This document shows positions 38,430 to 51,753 of a stretch of DNA of 64,000 bases, piece by piece. The notes beneath the pieces were generated by a model that was not told the DNA's origin, searched no databases, and worked only from the letters and a program-made list of their open reading frames with translations. Each line of letters opens with the position of its first letter. Position 1 is the first letter of the stretch. Origin of the DNA: Epiperipatus broadwayi (lineage: Eukaryota > Animalia > Onychophora); the NCBI GenBank assembly GCA_028023455.1, contig JAQFVV010000008.1, positions 6,696,001-6,760,000 of the forward strand. The letters are read 5' to 3'. A program made the translations under genes and the position numbers.

Positions 38430-38780
38430 GGGTCAGAGTGACTTATGGGTGGAACAACAATGTTGGCATTAGTATGAGCTTTGAGCATTCCATCTTCAGA
38501 TTTTCAATGATATGGATGGCTGAAGAGTTGGAGGGTGGAGTAGATTGGAGCCTGGCCATTAAAGTATGATAGTTTGCTGTCGTAATATAAAGCTGAGCAC
38601 TGATTGTATATATGTGTAGAGATAATAATCTGGACCAACTGACAAATGCTGGTTTAGCACAAAATACTTATATTGCTGATTATTTATTTTTGAGACATAC
38701 GTGGGATCAAGTGTATCAGTGGTATGAGATAGCATGGAGAGTTGAAGATTTATTGAAGGTCTGAGTTCAAAGTCCCTTAT
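38430..38780 (+). mobile_element. Hammerhead family B element, single 5'-truncated monomer with perfect 13-bp TSD; core decayed
   Basis: TSD atagataattaag at 38417-38429 and 38781-38793. Core reads accaa-CTGACAA-atgct ggttt agcac-AAAA-tactta-ta-ttgct. Confidence 0.9.
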
Positions 38781-39339
38781 ATAGATAATTAAGATAACCA
38801 AAGATAGTATTAAAATAATAATCATTATTTAACATTAAAAAATAATCCTAATGAAAAGAAACCCTGATGCACTATTATCAATTTATTAATATTCAGCTCG
38901 ACTTTTGTCAGTTTTTTTTTTTTTTAGTTAATAGATTTGTGTTAGCACTGAACCCACCTTCTACTAAATGTGATGATGAAGGAAATGCAATTAAATATAG
39001 CCTATAATCCAGGATAAAATTTAGGTACCTGTTTTTGTAGCCAGAACAGTTGGTAATTGTCTTTGAATTTAAATTTCAATTCTTCATTTGTCATTATTTC
39101 TATCAGTCCTTCTGTTTTTATACTAGAAAAAGGGATGAAAGCCTAGTCTATTATGCTTTATGTAATAATCTCTTACAACCATTGATTGAAGTCAAAATGG
39201 AGAACTTCCAAGTGCTGATAATAAATAAGCAAGTCTTTATCATTTATTTTTTTTACTGTTGATAAGTTTGGACTAATTCCCATATCCTAAATTTCATTTA
39301 TATAGAAATTTTGCCTTAAACATAGAAATAACAGTTTTT

Positions 39340-40270
39340 GTTTTAAATTCAGTTTATCTTCTTGGAACTATATTTGTTTCATTAAATTTATTTAATAAGT
39401 CTTTCAAATAAGCTATGTTATTTTTAGAATTAATCAAGTTCACTTAAAGAAGCATCATCCTTGTTTTCTAAGAACTCTTAACACCGAGTCAGAGAATGTT
39501 TTAAAATGACCCAAACCGTCAGCTTTTGATAAGAGAAATTTCTGCATGAAGAAGCAAACAATTGAATTTCTTTATTCTTTTCATTACAAAGTTGTCCAAA
39601 CAATATAATTCAATGGACACTTCTGATTTCATTGATTGCTCTAATAAACATAATGATAAATGACACAATGATCAGAAAATACATTCAGAACTCCCTTTTT
39701 TTAATATGTAATTAAATCTGTATAGGGATATTAGTGCTAGAGCACATTTCCAAGGGAGATTTTGTTTTATTTAGAAAACTCTTCTAATGAGTGTAATATT
39801 GATTCTTCAATAGTATCAATTTGTAAATTTTTTGAAAATAATAATTCTTGGGCAAACTTTTTCTTCTACAAATTGCAGTCCTTGGCAAAGTTGCCTTATG
39901 AAGGTGTATAAGAGAATTTGGATGTTTTTAAATACATAATGAATCTTCATCATCTAGAACCATTTTATCAATTTTTCTTTCCACCTCATTGATCAAAAAA
40001 AATGTCTTGGTAATATCACATGCTGTTCTGTATAGCGTAGTGTGAATTATGTCACTTATAGCCAGTAAAATTAGTCCTTCATTAATATATGCAATTTTCC
40101 TGATTTAGAAATCAGTAATGAAACATACAACTCATCATCTTGTTTGGAGACTAATGTAAAGAATATTGTCTTTGTCATCATCAACTTTTATTAAATGTTC
40201 TTATAGTCTTGAAGTCTTCATAGTTTCTATTTGGCAAAACGTTTCTGACAAATCAGGCACATTGGTAGTA
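39340..40270 (-). pseudogene. hAT (Buster/Charlie, ZBED8/SCAND3-like) transposase remnant
   Basis: Minus strand reads LPMCLICQKRFA...MKTSRL*EHL, then HCVI..., GQLCNEKNKE...LLLHAE..LSK and AYLKDLLNKFNETN. This matches Buster-type PMCLLC..VFSNEAMKPSRLKEHL, HCVIHR, LLLHTEVRWLSKG and AYL.DLF.KFNE.N. Confidence 0.8.
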
Positions 40271-42195
40271 TATTGTTCATAGGTGACTGAATAAATCTAT
40301 AATTCTAATATACAGTAATATGGATAAAAGAAGATTTAATTTATGTGTTTATTTATCATACTGTAGATTTAAAATTATCAAGAGTTATAACAATTTATGT
40401 AATTGAAAAAGTGCAATTTCTCTCACTGAAACGAAATGATTTTTGTAATAGTTGATTATTTGAAGTATCAATAGAATAGCACTTTCAACATCAGGTATAC
40501 AGTAATCTTTATGTAAAATGGCAAAAGACAAACTAAAATAGTAGTATTGTGTTGAAGCAAGCTATTATTAATAAGCAGTAAAAGATGCAGAGACAGTATA
40601 GTTGATATATAAGAAAATGTATAAAAATACACAAAAATTGTTATTAGATTGAACCAACATTAGTACAATTTACTTTGTATGTGGTCCTTAATCCTTAAAA
40701 ATTGATTATATTTAGTGAATTTGCATTATTGTTGATTGCCTGTCACACAATTCAGAAACAGTAGAAATTAGATTTCATACATGAAACCTATTTCTAACAC
40801 CATATAAGCAAGTTATTACACGTATTTATTCCTGCCAATTACTTTCTGCCTTCCTGGCAATGTGCACCATATTCACCTGTTAGTACTTTCTTGTTAAGAC
40901 CTGTTTGCAAGCTTAACTATTGATGAATTATAACTTGCATTTTGTATATTTATGTCTAAAATAAAGTAATCACTATAATTTTAATTCTGCTTCATAACAG
41001 ATGAAATATATATCAATGATTTTTAAAATTAAAATTGTCTTTCTTTATGCTTCCATCATCTCTTTATCTTTATTCAGTGTCGCCAATTGCACCTAGGGCT
41101 ATCACCACCCCCCTACCTACATCATTTAGCACTCTTAGGAATGATATCACAATCTTAAACACATAATGCAGAGCTTTTTTGTTTTCAAAAAGTAAGAATA
41201 ACTATTATACCATTACTATAGAATTAAGTACTATAATCATTTTTATTGCCAGACAAATGCAAAAAAAAATGTGTGATTTATGTATTGCTTTTCTTGATTT
41301 GATCAAGACATTTGAAATATAATATTAAATCATCTATGCACTTTATCGCTTTCACAGTGCTTTAATTAATGTATATAGATATATATAAATTCTATGTTCG
41401 TGTATATTGGTGTTATGTTGTAGTTCTGAAGAAGATTGCTGGGGCAATTGAAACTGTAATATATTTAAAATAGAAATTGATAGAATGGGGTGATAATTAG
41501 AGCATTGTGGAACAGTGATAAAGTGCATAGATGATTTAATATTATATATATATATGGCAATGCAATAAGAAAGATTAGTTATTATACTTAATGATGAAGA
41601 CATGTGATTTAATTAATTGTGAAAAAAATTGTGGCATTGTTTTACATTATAAGTTCATCCACCAAAGTAAATGATAGATGAAAGAAAGCATTTTTACTAT
41701 TGGAGGAAAATCTGAAATACTGTATTTAAAATGAAAATTTATATTAACCAAAAGATGTGTACTAACTTGTATTTTGTTTCTATTTTTATGTTAGTGAGCT
41801 CTCAGTATCCACAATCTTCATATCCATGATTTCATATATCTGTGATTTTAAAAATTAATAACATTTACAATTTTTATAATTCAATTTTTTAGTTTATAGT
41901 TCACATGTAGTATATACACATATGTGTATGATAGTTTGGAATTGGAAATTACAGTACTAATAAATAATTTTTCCAAACAATCTGCAATAAAGTTTAATCA
42001 TGTAATATATATATATGTTATTTTACAATCAAATAATATCATTTCCAACTTCTAATCAAATAATGGGGAAAATGAAAAATTGAAGCACTGTAAAAGAAAA
42101 CTTGATAACTGTCAGGAAGATTGGTAAAATCGAAGTCTAGACAAAAGCAAAAATACTATTTAAAAAAAAGCATAGAAATGTTAACAAAACTTATG

Positions 42196-42279
42196 GAAAA
42201 ATTGCAATACTTAAATGAATTATTTTTTTAGCTCCTTCTAAAAGTTAAAAAATAATTCATTTAAGTGTTACAATTTTTT
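42196..42279. repeat. ~37-bp-arm hairpin palindrome
   Basis: aaaaattgcaatacttaaatgaattatttttt versus the reverse complement of aaaaaataattcatttaagtgttacaattttt, with few mismatches. Confidence 0.75.
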
Positions 42280-45200
42280 GAGTAAAATAATGATCACTTG
42301 TTAAATAATTTAAGGATTGTGAATAATGAAAAAAAAAAAGATCATTTATTTCACTTTAAAATCTGAGGAAGATAAGTATGAATTGATAGTATGATAGGTA
42401 ATTGTGATTAAGTTTTATCCTGAGGCTGCTGCGCACGTTATTTTTAAAAGTGATATTGGGGGTAGGGGGTGAATTATATAATATATTTATCATGTGTAAC
42501 CCAGAAACTTATTGAAGATTTTAAATAGAATTTTTAATAAACTGAATAAATTGGTATTTTCAGAAATAATTTTGACTTAATAAAATAGATGTTAGATATA
42601 GCAGTGTGTCTTTATAGATAAAAAGGGAAGAGAGAATAATGTTTATAGATTTTTAAAAAAAGTTTGATAATATAGTGTATGAATTGTAAACAATAAGTGT
42701 AACTCTTCTATGTAATTAATGGTATAAATCAATCTGCCCCCAGGCTATGAATAAATATCACTTTTTGAATAATCTATAGATTGTTTAGGATGAGAAGTTC
42801 ACAATATTAGCACGGAAGACCACTTCTATCTTAACAATACTCTTTATATGACTTGTGACTAGCTATGTTGATTTTGTTAAAATTTGCCATCAAAAAAATT
42901 CTCTGAAAGTTTTCTTGAGGAAAATCTATTGAGAATAAAAATGTACATCAATTATAGGTTTGCCTTTTTTTTCTCTGTGTGGCTTAAAATTAATTTTACT
43001 ATTAAACAAAAATATGTATTTTTTAATGATTTTATGTGTTTACTATTGTAATACTTAATTCACAGTTTAATTTATTAACTGGAGATGTATATATAGAATA
43101 AATGTTATAATTTGAGTCATTTTTTTTTATAATGTGGCTTTCAGGCCCAAATGTATATTATTGACAAATGTTAAATAATAGTGATTATAAATGGTCTCAC
43201 AAACAGTAACACTTGAGGATTTAAAAAATAGATAAATGCATTTAAATATTTGTGAATAATGAATGAGAACAACATTAGACATTGTGCAAATAATGAGAGA
43301 AGTAATTCTACTCATGAGTGCAGTTCTGTGTACTTATTTAAATTTTGTTGTTTTTATCTATGCATCAGAACAAAAATTCAGATTCTCCTGTTTTTCTAAT
43401 TATATTCCACTGTAAATAACATTTGACCATTCTCATTGGCAATTTGTCACTAATTATATTTACTATTCTTGAAATATACCTAACAAATAAATCAAAAATA
43501 AGAAATATTAAAGACCAACCCTTTAGGAAAATGACATTTTCTTTTATTAGTTCTGGTAATAATTTTTTATTAAGTTCAACATTTGATTTATTCTATATTT
43601 ACAAACAGTAGACTCTAAAAAATCATATTTGATATATGAAAATAAAAACTATCTTTAAAATGGAAATGAGATAAAAAATTAATAAATGTGAAACTCAAAA
43701 ATCTATTTAATTATTTTTTTAATTTCTACTTATTATTTTTAAAATATTTCAAGCTTTCCTAGTAGTCTTGGTAAATGTATTCATTGAACTCTTTCAAAAT
43801 GAGTGATAACATTATGACTGATTTTTTTTTGTTTGAATTATTATTGAATTTATTCTATTTTAAAAAATAAAACATATATGAATAAAATCAAAGTGTATAC
43901 ATACATATATTCTTTTGGTTTTTAATAATTACTATAATATTCTGTAAAAAATAATCACATTTTTAATAAACTATGCAAGAATAAATTTTGTTGCTATTCC
44001 AAAAATCTCTCCAAGTAATCTCTTGAAAAGGTCAACTGATTAAAATCCAACCAGTAATTGAAATCTAGCTCCGAATTAATCTTTTTTTGCCTCTAGAAAA
44101 TACTGTCCTCTACAGTTCTTTTAATTAATTAGTATTATGTTATTTCCATTTTCTACCATATTTTAATCATGGAAACGTGAAGAATCTCAGGAAAGTGATT
44201 TAAAACACAACTAGTAGCGACATCTCCAACAAATAACCACAGCCAAGAATGTGGTTATGCAGTGAAGAGCTAATGGTATTTTGTGTTACTGGAAGTGGTA
44301 AAAAATGTACTTTTGAAAAAACTAAAAGGAAAACAAAATTCAGTTTTTAGTAATGAGGGTTTTATAAGAGATATTCTAATAAAGGTTATGAAGCTTGTCA
44401 TGAAATAAAATAAATAGGAGTGTTGATTTGAGGATTATATTTAGCAACTTGAAAACAATAAAGGATATGAAACCTGAGAGAATGTAACTTTTATAAAAGT
44501 CTAACTAGATTTGTAATAGTATCAAAATCATTCTTTCTGCTATTTGAAAAATTTCATAAAATTGATTTTAACTGGCGCTTAATAAGAAAATTATGTAAAT
44601 ATTTATTTCTGTGTATCATATAGTTTACTTGTTGCTTAGAAACATTAGACCAATCTTAATAATAAAATGTTATATAAAATTAGTAATTTATTAAACCTGA
44701 AACTAAATTAATTGAAAGAAAGATTATTTATTATGGTAGAACAAACTTCGTTAGAAGTAATTATTAGTTTTTTTAAATATATATAAAATTGTCTATTCAC
44801 AATCCCTTTGTAGCATATTAATAGCAAAATGTGAAATCATTTTATAAGTATTTCTTATCATAATTCAAGTATTCAGTATTAACTACAGACATTTTGATTG
44901 CTTAATAAACATTGATTTATAACTCAGTTCTCACTGTAATTATTAAATCTTGTAAAATACACTAAAATCAACTTCCATGTCTTCATTCGTTCTCTTTTAT
45001 TAAAAAAAAAGATTAATGGTATTTATTATAAATAAATATGTATTATATTTAAAAACTTAAATTATTTTTAAAAATTGTGTGTGCGTGCCTGTGTGTATAT
45101 GTATAATCAAGTGAATCCCCCCCCTCCCCCAAGATTTGACAACATCCTGTAAAAGTTAAAAAGCAAGTTCATTAACTAGACAATATAAAGATTTAAAAAT

Positions 45201-45600
45201 GTCATTGATTTATGATTTGTTGGAAATATAAAATAAATTGTGTTAAAGAGAGGAACTTTCAATAATAATTATTATTAATAGTCAAGTGAATTATTTAGTC
45301 TAAACATCCTAGTGTAATTCTGAATAATATTGTGCATATAAAGAAAAATCATTATATTGTAAAGGAAAAAAAACGATATTTTCAAAACTACTGCAATTGC
45401 ATCATTTGATTTTGATTAGATCCCCTTCTCTACAAAGTTTATCCAATGGCATCTCATTTGAATATAAACATTCACTTGAAATAGAGCACAAAACTTAATG
45501 AAAAGAGATTGCTTAGAAAATACTAAATCATGCATAAACTTTAATGCATTTTTTATTATGTAAAGAACTCATTTAATGAAAGTTTATGATGTAACTGACT

Positions 45601-45996
45601 AAAACAGACAAAACTCACTATATGTATTGCCACTCACTGCAAGCTAGAGTAATCAATGGATGCCAGAGGCTTGTGCATAAAATCCCCATCTAGTGCCTAC
45701 TCATCCAGTATCCCCAGACTAGTTTTTGGCTTGTGGCCTTTGTCAGTGAGATCTTGGAGATCCTAAGATCTAGGTGCAATGCTCTCAGATTTAAAGCTCC
45801 TCACTGATGAAGGCCACAAGCCAGAAACTATTCTGGGGATATTGGATGAGTAGGCACTAGATGGGGATTTTATGCACAAGCCTCTGGCATCCATTGATTA
45901 CTCTAGCTTGCAGTGAGTGGCAATACATACAGTGAGTTTTGCCTGTTTTAATAACAGTTATAAGCAAGCATAAGAAATGGTGATCATGTGATGTTT
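45601..45996. mobile_element. Hammerhead family A fold-back composite (arms ~45600-45750 and ~45800-45950, 49-nt spacer, ~45-nt tail on the right only) with 12-bp TSD
   Basis: TSD atgtaactgact (45589-45600) / atgtaactgatt (45997-46008). Forward core CTGATGA at 45804-45810 with cleavage triplet TTC. The inverted core is decayed (CTGACAA, AAAAAC). Confidence 0.92.
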
Positions 45997-47905
45997 ATGT
46001 AACTGATTACTAAGATGGTAAATTATATGGATGACAATCAATATCAAAATTGATCAAATATTATGATTTGGTTGTAATATACTGTTACGTAAATCTGCCT
46101 TTAATTGGAGATACGTGATGTTAGATTAAATTATGTCCAGGACATGACATATATTTAATGATTATAATAATTATGCATTAGTTGTCCTTTACAGTTTAGT
46201 ATAATGACGATGAGAGTTGCAGTCCCAAAAGTAAAAGTTCCTAATCAATTATCAACTGGGTGATGTGAAGATAAAAAAAATCTTAGTTTGGTTAATTGAA
46301 TGAAATTGTTAATTTAGTGCTTGAATATCGTTTCTAGTGTAGGTGACCATACAATTATGTATGGTGTATTTTCGTTATACCTTTTTTAGCAGATGTCATA
46401 ACAATTATGTGCAAATTCCCTTTTTCTTACATGCAATGGATAATTGCCAAAGTTAGATTGTAATCAAATAGTTTTACCTATTTTGTCAAAAAATGAACAC
46501 ACACAAAAAAAAATTTTTGCAAGTACTTTTTATTTTTAACATACATACTAAATTTTTTAATATTTTGTTTCATATAAATGAAAAAGCAATCTTGTTTATA
46601 GATTTAATGAATAGTAAATTATGTCATATAAGACTATGAAATAGCATTATTATAGTAAAGATATCACAATGCTTCTTTATTTAAGAAATTACCAATAATA
46701 TTAAACTTTTTGTTTAATAAACAATTATCATTTGTTTTTTTGAGACCCCAAATCTAACTTCAAAGAAGTTTATATATTTAATCATATATATGTGTGTCTG
46801 TTCATGGTTGAAATATTCTTATACTCTTATAACAGTAGCTAACACTTCTGAATTCATTATCAACATGATTTGGACCTTAATTAATCTAGATAGTATTTTA
46901 ATACATATGTATACATATAAGAATGGAATATTTGATATTTGTTTATAATACCATGAAGAAAGCAATAGCAAGGTTTTTTTTATGCTAAAAAACATTTTGG
47001 AAAAAAAAGACAAAAAAATTATTACGATCAATTTGAAAAGCAACTCGTACTGGAGAAGTGTGACTTATTTATTAAGTATGAGAAATATGGTGAAATCATA
47101 TTGAAGTTAATTAGGAAACTGATCATGGTTGAAGTTTGTATTTAATGAAAATGACTGGGATTTATTAAAAATACAGAGTATTAGCCAAAATAACGTTCAT
47201 GATATGAATTTTAAAAAATTTATTAAAGAGACAAGGATAGAAATTGTAGATATAAGTGAACTAAAATGAATCAGCAAGAGTCACTTTTAATCGTATTATT
47301 TAAAGTAAATACTCTAGAAAGAATTGAATAATAGATTTACCTTAACTTATGGCTTATAACTATTTGTGTGACAGAATTCTCGCAAGAAATGGATAATACC
47401 ATCAAACAAATGAGAAATTCACTTGGTAATTGGTGATTTTATTTCAAAAATTAAAAATGTATTGATTACTGCTATAATTATGATAACTGTAATGAAACTT
47501 GAAAAAGTCTTTTGTTGAGAAAAGTTATTTGTTCATTGTTAATATATATTTACAATAACTTACCTATTGATTATACAATTATTTTCAGAATTGTACTCAA
47601 ATGAATTTATTCCGAGTAGGTGGCAACAGTTATTTGCTCTCAAATCTTTTGAGGTGTAGACTGTAGGCCAGATCACTAGCTTCTGATATATAACTTTTGC
47701 TGGAACATATAAAAGTTAATTTAGAGAAACTAGATAAATGGATGGAAAAATTTAAGCAGCTATTATAAAATCTATAGATAAACATATCCAAAAATGAACC
47801 TACTTAAAGTATCACAGTGATTCTCTTAGCTTTTTACATCTACATTTTATAACTATCTATGTAAGCATATATAATTAATAGAAACTAAATGACATAACCA
47901 TTCTG

Positions 47906-47956
47906 ATCCTCAGACTAGTTTCTGGTTATTGGCTGACATCAATCAGAAGAACTAGG
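47906..47956 (-). mobile_element. Decayed family A hammerhead remnant
   Basis: Minus strand reads ...gccaataaccaGAAACTAGTCtgagga; the CUGANGA segment is scrambled. Confidence 0.5.
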
Positions 47957-50900
47957 TTGCATTTAATTGTATAGCAGTCATTTTTACTTATTTTTATTCA
48001 AACTAATGACTTGAAAGTTTCATCGCTAAGATTTTGAACCCAAAATCAATCTGTTCCTCTAGCTATATAAGTATCATAACTTGATAAGTGGTCATATTTT
48101 ATAGTCTCTATTATATGGTGACTGTAGGCTGTTTTGGAAGAAAGGAAGGTATATACCAAAAACAAAGCATTGCATAATTCCTAGCTTGTGTTTGCTTCCT
48201 ACGATAATTTATTCTATACTACTTTACTCAACAGATTATCTAGCATGGTTGTAGAAATTGTATAAAAAGGCAAAGCATTATTCAATCAAGAAACTTAATG
48301 TTTGTTTTTAATGAGAGACAAAGAAAAGTACCTATGTCATAAATGTCATAAGAAAAGATGCTATGGTAGAGAATGTATGTTTCTGGAAAAATATAGTTTA
48401 TAAAGTTTCCAGCTGAATGAAATAATATTAGGAATTGAAAAAGCAAGATCTTACTTTTGAGTGCTAAAATTTGCTGGAAGTAGTTGACTTTCACAGAAAA
48501 TGTTTGTGAATGAAGTAAGATAATTCATAAAATGATTGGTTTTTTTAAAAAAATGTTCCAGAAATAGATGAGATTCTTCTTGAATTACTTACAAAGTGTA
48601 ATAAAAGTTATAACATCAATGTGTCATCCTATCTAGACAAACGTTTCCTGACTTAAATATTGGAAGAAAATTGTATATATTTTTTTAAAAAGCATTGTTC
48701 CAATTATAAAATGTTACTCTGATTTAACATACTATCAAAATCCTGTTAATAATAGCATCAAATGGCAATGGAGTCCTCAATGAACATGAAATAGTACTTG
48801 AGCAAGATGCTTTTAGAAAATGTAAAAATACTTTAGATCATACATTCAGATATCAGATAAATTATAGAAACAGTAAGAGAATATTATGGTATTTTTTTAC
48901 TAATTCCTCCATTAAATTTATGAAAATATCTTAGAATACCAGAACCCCTCGTATTTTTCATTAAAGATTATTATGTAGCCACAATAAAAACAAAAGTTTT
49001 TTTATGTGTAAAAGAATATTTGTCAAGTTGTTTTGTCAGTCTGGTGAACATATTCTTTTATATGCAAATCTAAACATAATAGAAGCTGATGTTAAAATAA
49101 TTTGTGGAAAGTTAATTTGCTTTATGTTTTTTGACATTATATTAATAATTGAAAGTGAAATGAAATTGGGACACTTCTAAACATCAATAAGACAAAGGTT
49201 AAATCTATTTTAAAATAAAACAATTTCAAATAAATATTGAAAAGATTCAAATAATGAATTTTGTCTTTCTAGGATATAGAACTTGCAATAATGGAAGCTG
49301 TAATAAAGAAATCTAGTATAAAATATTGATGAATAAAGCTAATATTGCTTGTTTCATCCAATAATCAAAAAATGATGTCTTAATAAAAACATAAAAATTG
49401 TCAACCTGCTAAAAATTCCCTGAATAGCATTAAAGGCCATTTGTCAAAAGAAATAAGCCTCAGTGGTTTGATAAAAATGACATTATTTATGGGAGAGATG
49501 CAGGGAGTAGTGAAAAGTATGAATAAATCTGCAGAATTTTATATCATAAGGAATAGAGGAGAGAACCTGTATGAAAGTAGCAAAAATTTCATAAAAGGAA
49601 ACTGTCTTCAAGTATAAAAAAAATAATATAAGCATATTTATAAACAAATGATACAAAATTTAGATTATTTTTGAGCGATCTTTTTTTTTACTGTTGAACT
49701 AAATCGTTTTTATGTATATTAATATTGATGCTAAAACAAATTGTTAATTAGTGCTGCATTACCACTTGTTTATAATACCCTATTACTTATTTGCCTGTCT
49801 TCAAAACAACTTAACGTGTGTGTGTGTATGTGCGCGCGCGGGGTAATGAAAACTAAAACATTAAAACAAATTACTAGTGATTAAAACTTAATTTGAATTT
49901 TCTTATGAATGTGTTGAAGAAATTTCCTCAAAAAAGAACGTTAGTTTCAAAAATCATCCTTAGAAAAGAATTTGATACCCCAAATAATAAATAAATTTAT
50001 AGATGAAACCATGGTTGTGTAAGAATTTTAGTAAAATTTTGTTGTTGGCTAGTATTGTAGTGTTATATGAATTTCTATTTTATTTTTAATTGATAATACA
50101 CTGTTAGGCAGTATTTATTTTTCCCCCAATAATAAAAATAAAAAAGCATTGACTTTAAAGATAAATTTAGTCATACCTTGCTTTGTTTTGTTTATTTGCC
50201 CAAGATTAAAAAAAAATTCTACACTAAGTATAGGAATTATTTAGAATAGTTCTGGGATGTAGCCATTCTTGAAAACAAATGATTAGCTTTTTACTTGATT
50301 ATTCTAAATTTGTGAAACGTTATTGTTTTTCTGCTACAAGAATTCCAAAAACAAAAGCCATTAGAAATAAGTGTGTTATCATAACGTGATTTCAAAAAAT
50401 GACTTTGTAAAATTAGGAAACTAGATACGAGATCAGAAATTGTTTGATATGTCTAAAGATATTAATCTTTAGTGATCATAATATTTTAGAACTTCATATG
50501 CATACAATTTTATATATATTCTTATACTATTGCAATTTTATTCTAATAAAATCAGCCACAAAGGCTTATTTTATCTAAAGTAAATTGTGGGTAGTCATAA
50601 TTGTAATGTTTGAGCTGGGAACTTATCTGTTGTGTTGAAAAAAAATTTTTGCAAATGTTGAAGTTCATTGTTTGGTGGCAATCCACTTCAAGTGTTCTTT
50701 TTTTAAAAAAAAAAATGTTCAATTGGTTTTTCTCATATTGCCAAAAAATACTGAATGTTGATGAATACTTCAATATATATGTATAAAATGAAATTTCTTA
50801 TATTATATAGATTTCTTTTAGTATCTGGTTTTCTGATGTGGGCATGTGTATTTGCTGTTAATTCTGTTGCTGTGTTTAATTTTTGAAACAAAAATATTCA

Positions 50901-51272
50901 TATCGAGAAGTATCATTTATAGAATAGAATTTTTTTGATTATATATTTAAACTTTATTCATTGTTGATACATATTTGGTTTCCATCAATTGCAAACTTGA
51001 ACTTTTTTGATAGTGATTTTTTGAATTAATATTATCCTTAAAATTTTGCTGCTCCTATTAGTAGTTTGATAAAGGCTGTATCATAATGCAATTACATTTT
51101 TTGATTTATTGTTAGTGTATTAATGATCAATTGTCCATCCCAAATTATCTTGGGATCTTTAACTTCTAACTAAAAATATTAGATATCCATTTTCATTAAG
51201 TAATAGTTGTAAGCTGAAATGGCTATGGCCAAGCTACATTGCAAAAAAAATTCTACAACAGCTTATGACATG

Positions 51273-51493
51273 CCAATAAACATCACAAGATCACTATTTT
51301 TTATGCTTGCTCTTAATTGTTATTAAAATAGGCAAAACTGTCCTCACTGACGAAGGCCACAAGCCAGAAACTAGTCTGGGGATATTGGATGAATAGGCAC
51401 TAGATGGAGATTTTATGCACAAGCCTTCTGGCATCCATTGATTACTCTGGCTTGCACTGAGTGGCAATACTTATAGAGACTTTGCTGTTTTTT
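51273..51493. mobile_element. Hammerhead family A composite (inverted tail 51273-51340, forward hammerhead-3' part 51341-51493) with 13-bp TSD
   Basis: TSD agcttatgacatg (51260-51272) / agcttatgacgtg (51494-51506). 51275-51340 is the reverse complement of the family tail at 45935-45996. Confidence 0.9.
51341..51382 (+). ncRNA. Minimal type-I hammerhead ribozyme (family A), best-preserved core
   Basis: tcctca-CTGACGA-a GGC cacaa GCC a-GAAAC ta GTC^tgggga. All six stem I pairs are intact. Predicted cleavage after 51376. Confidence 0.85.
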
Positions 51494-51753
51494 AGCTTAT
51501 GACGTGATGAAAAAATTCCAATATTTATCTGATCTATCTCAAATCCATGATTGAGGGCATTGCAGGCAAATTAGGCTTTCCTAATATGAGATATATTCCA
51601 TCTGTAGATAGGATTTAATTAATGTAGCTCACAGATTTGATTATTTAATTTCAGAGATGTTCTATCTTAATTTAAAGAACTTTATGCAAAAATACTTTCA
51701 TGTGTGTATGTGAATGTTTAGATATACAAATTCATGTATGGTAGAATGAATAT

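Noticed and set aside
48560-48940. Penelope RT-like motifs (YYQ...MAMES, FRY, SIKF)
   Set aside because: Motif order and spacing are inconsistent; could be chance in AT-rich DNA.
49815-49842. (GT)n-(GC)n alternating tract, potential Z-DNA
   Set aside because: An ordinary microsatellite with no further context.
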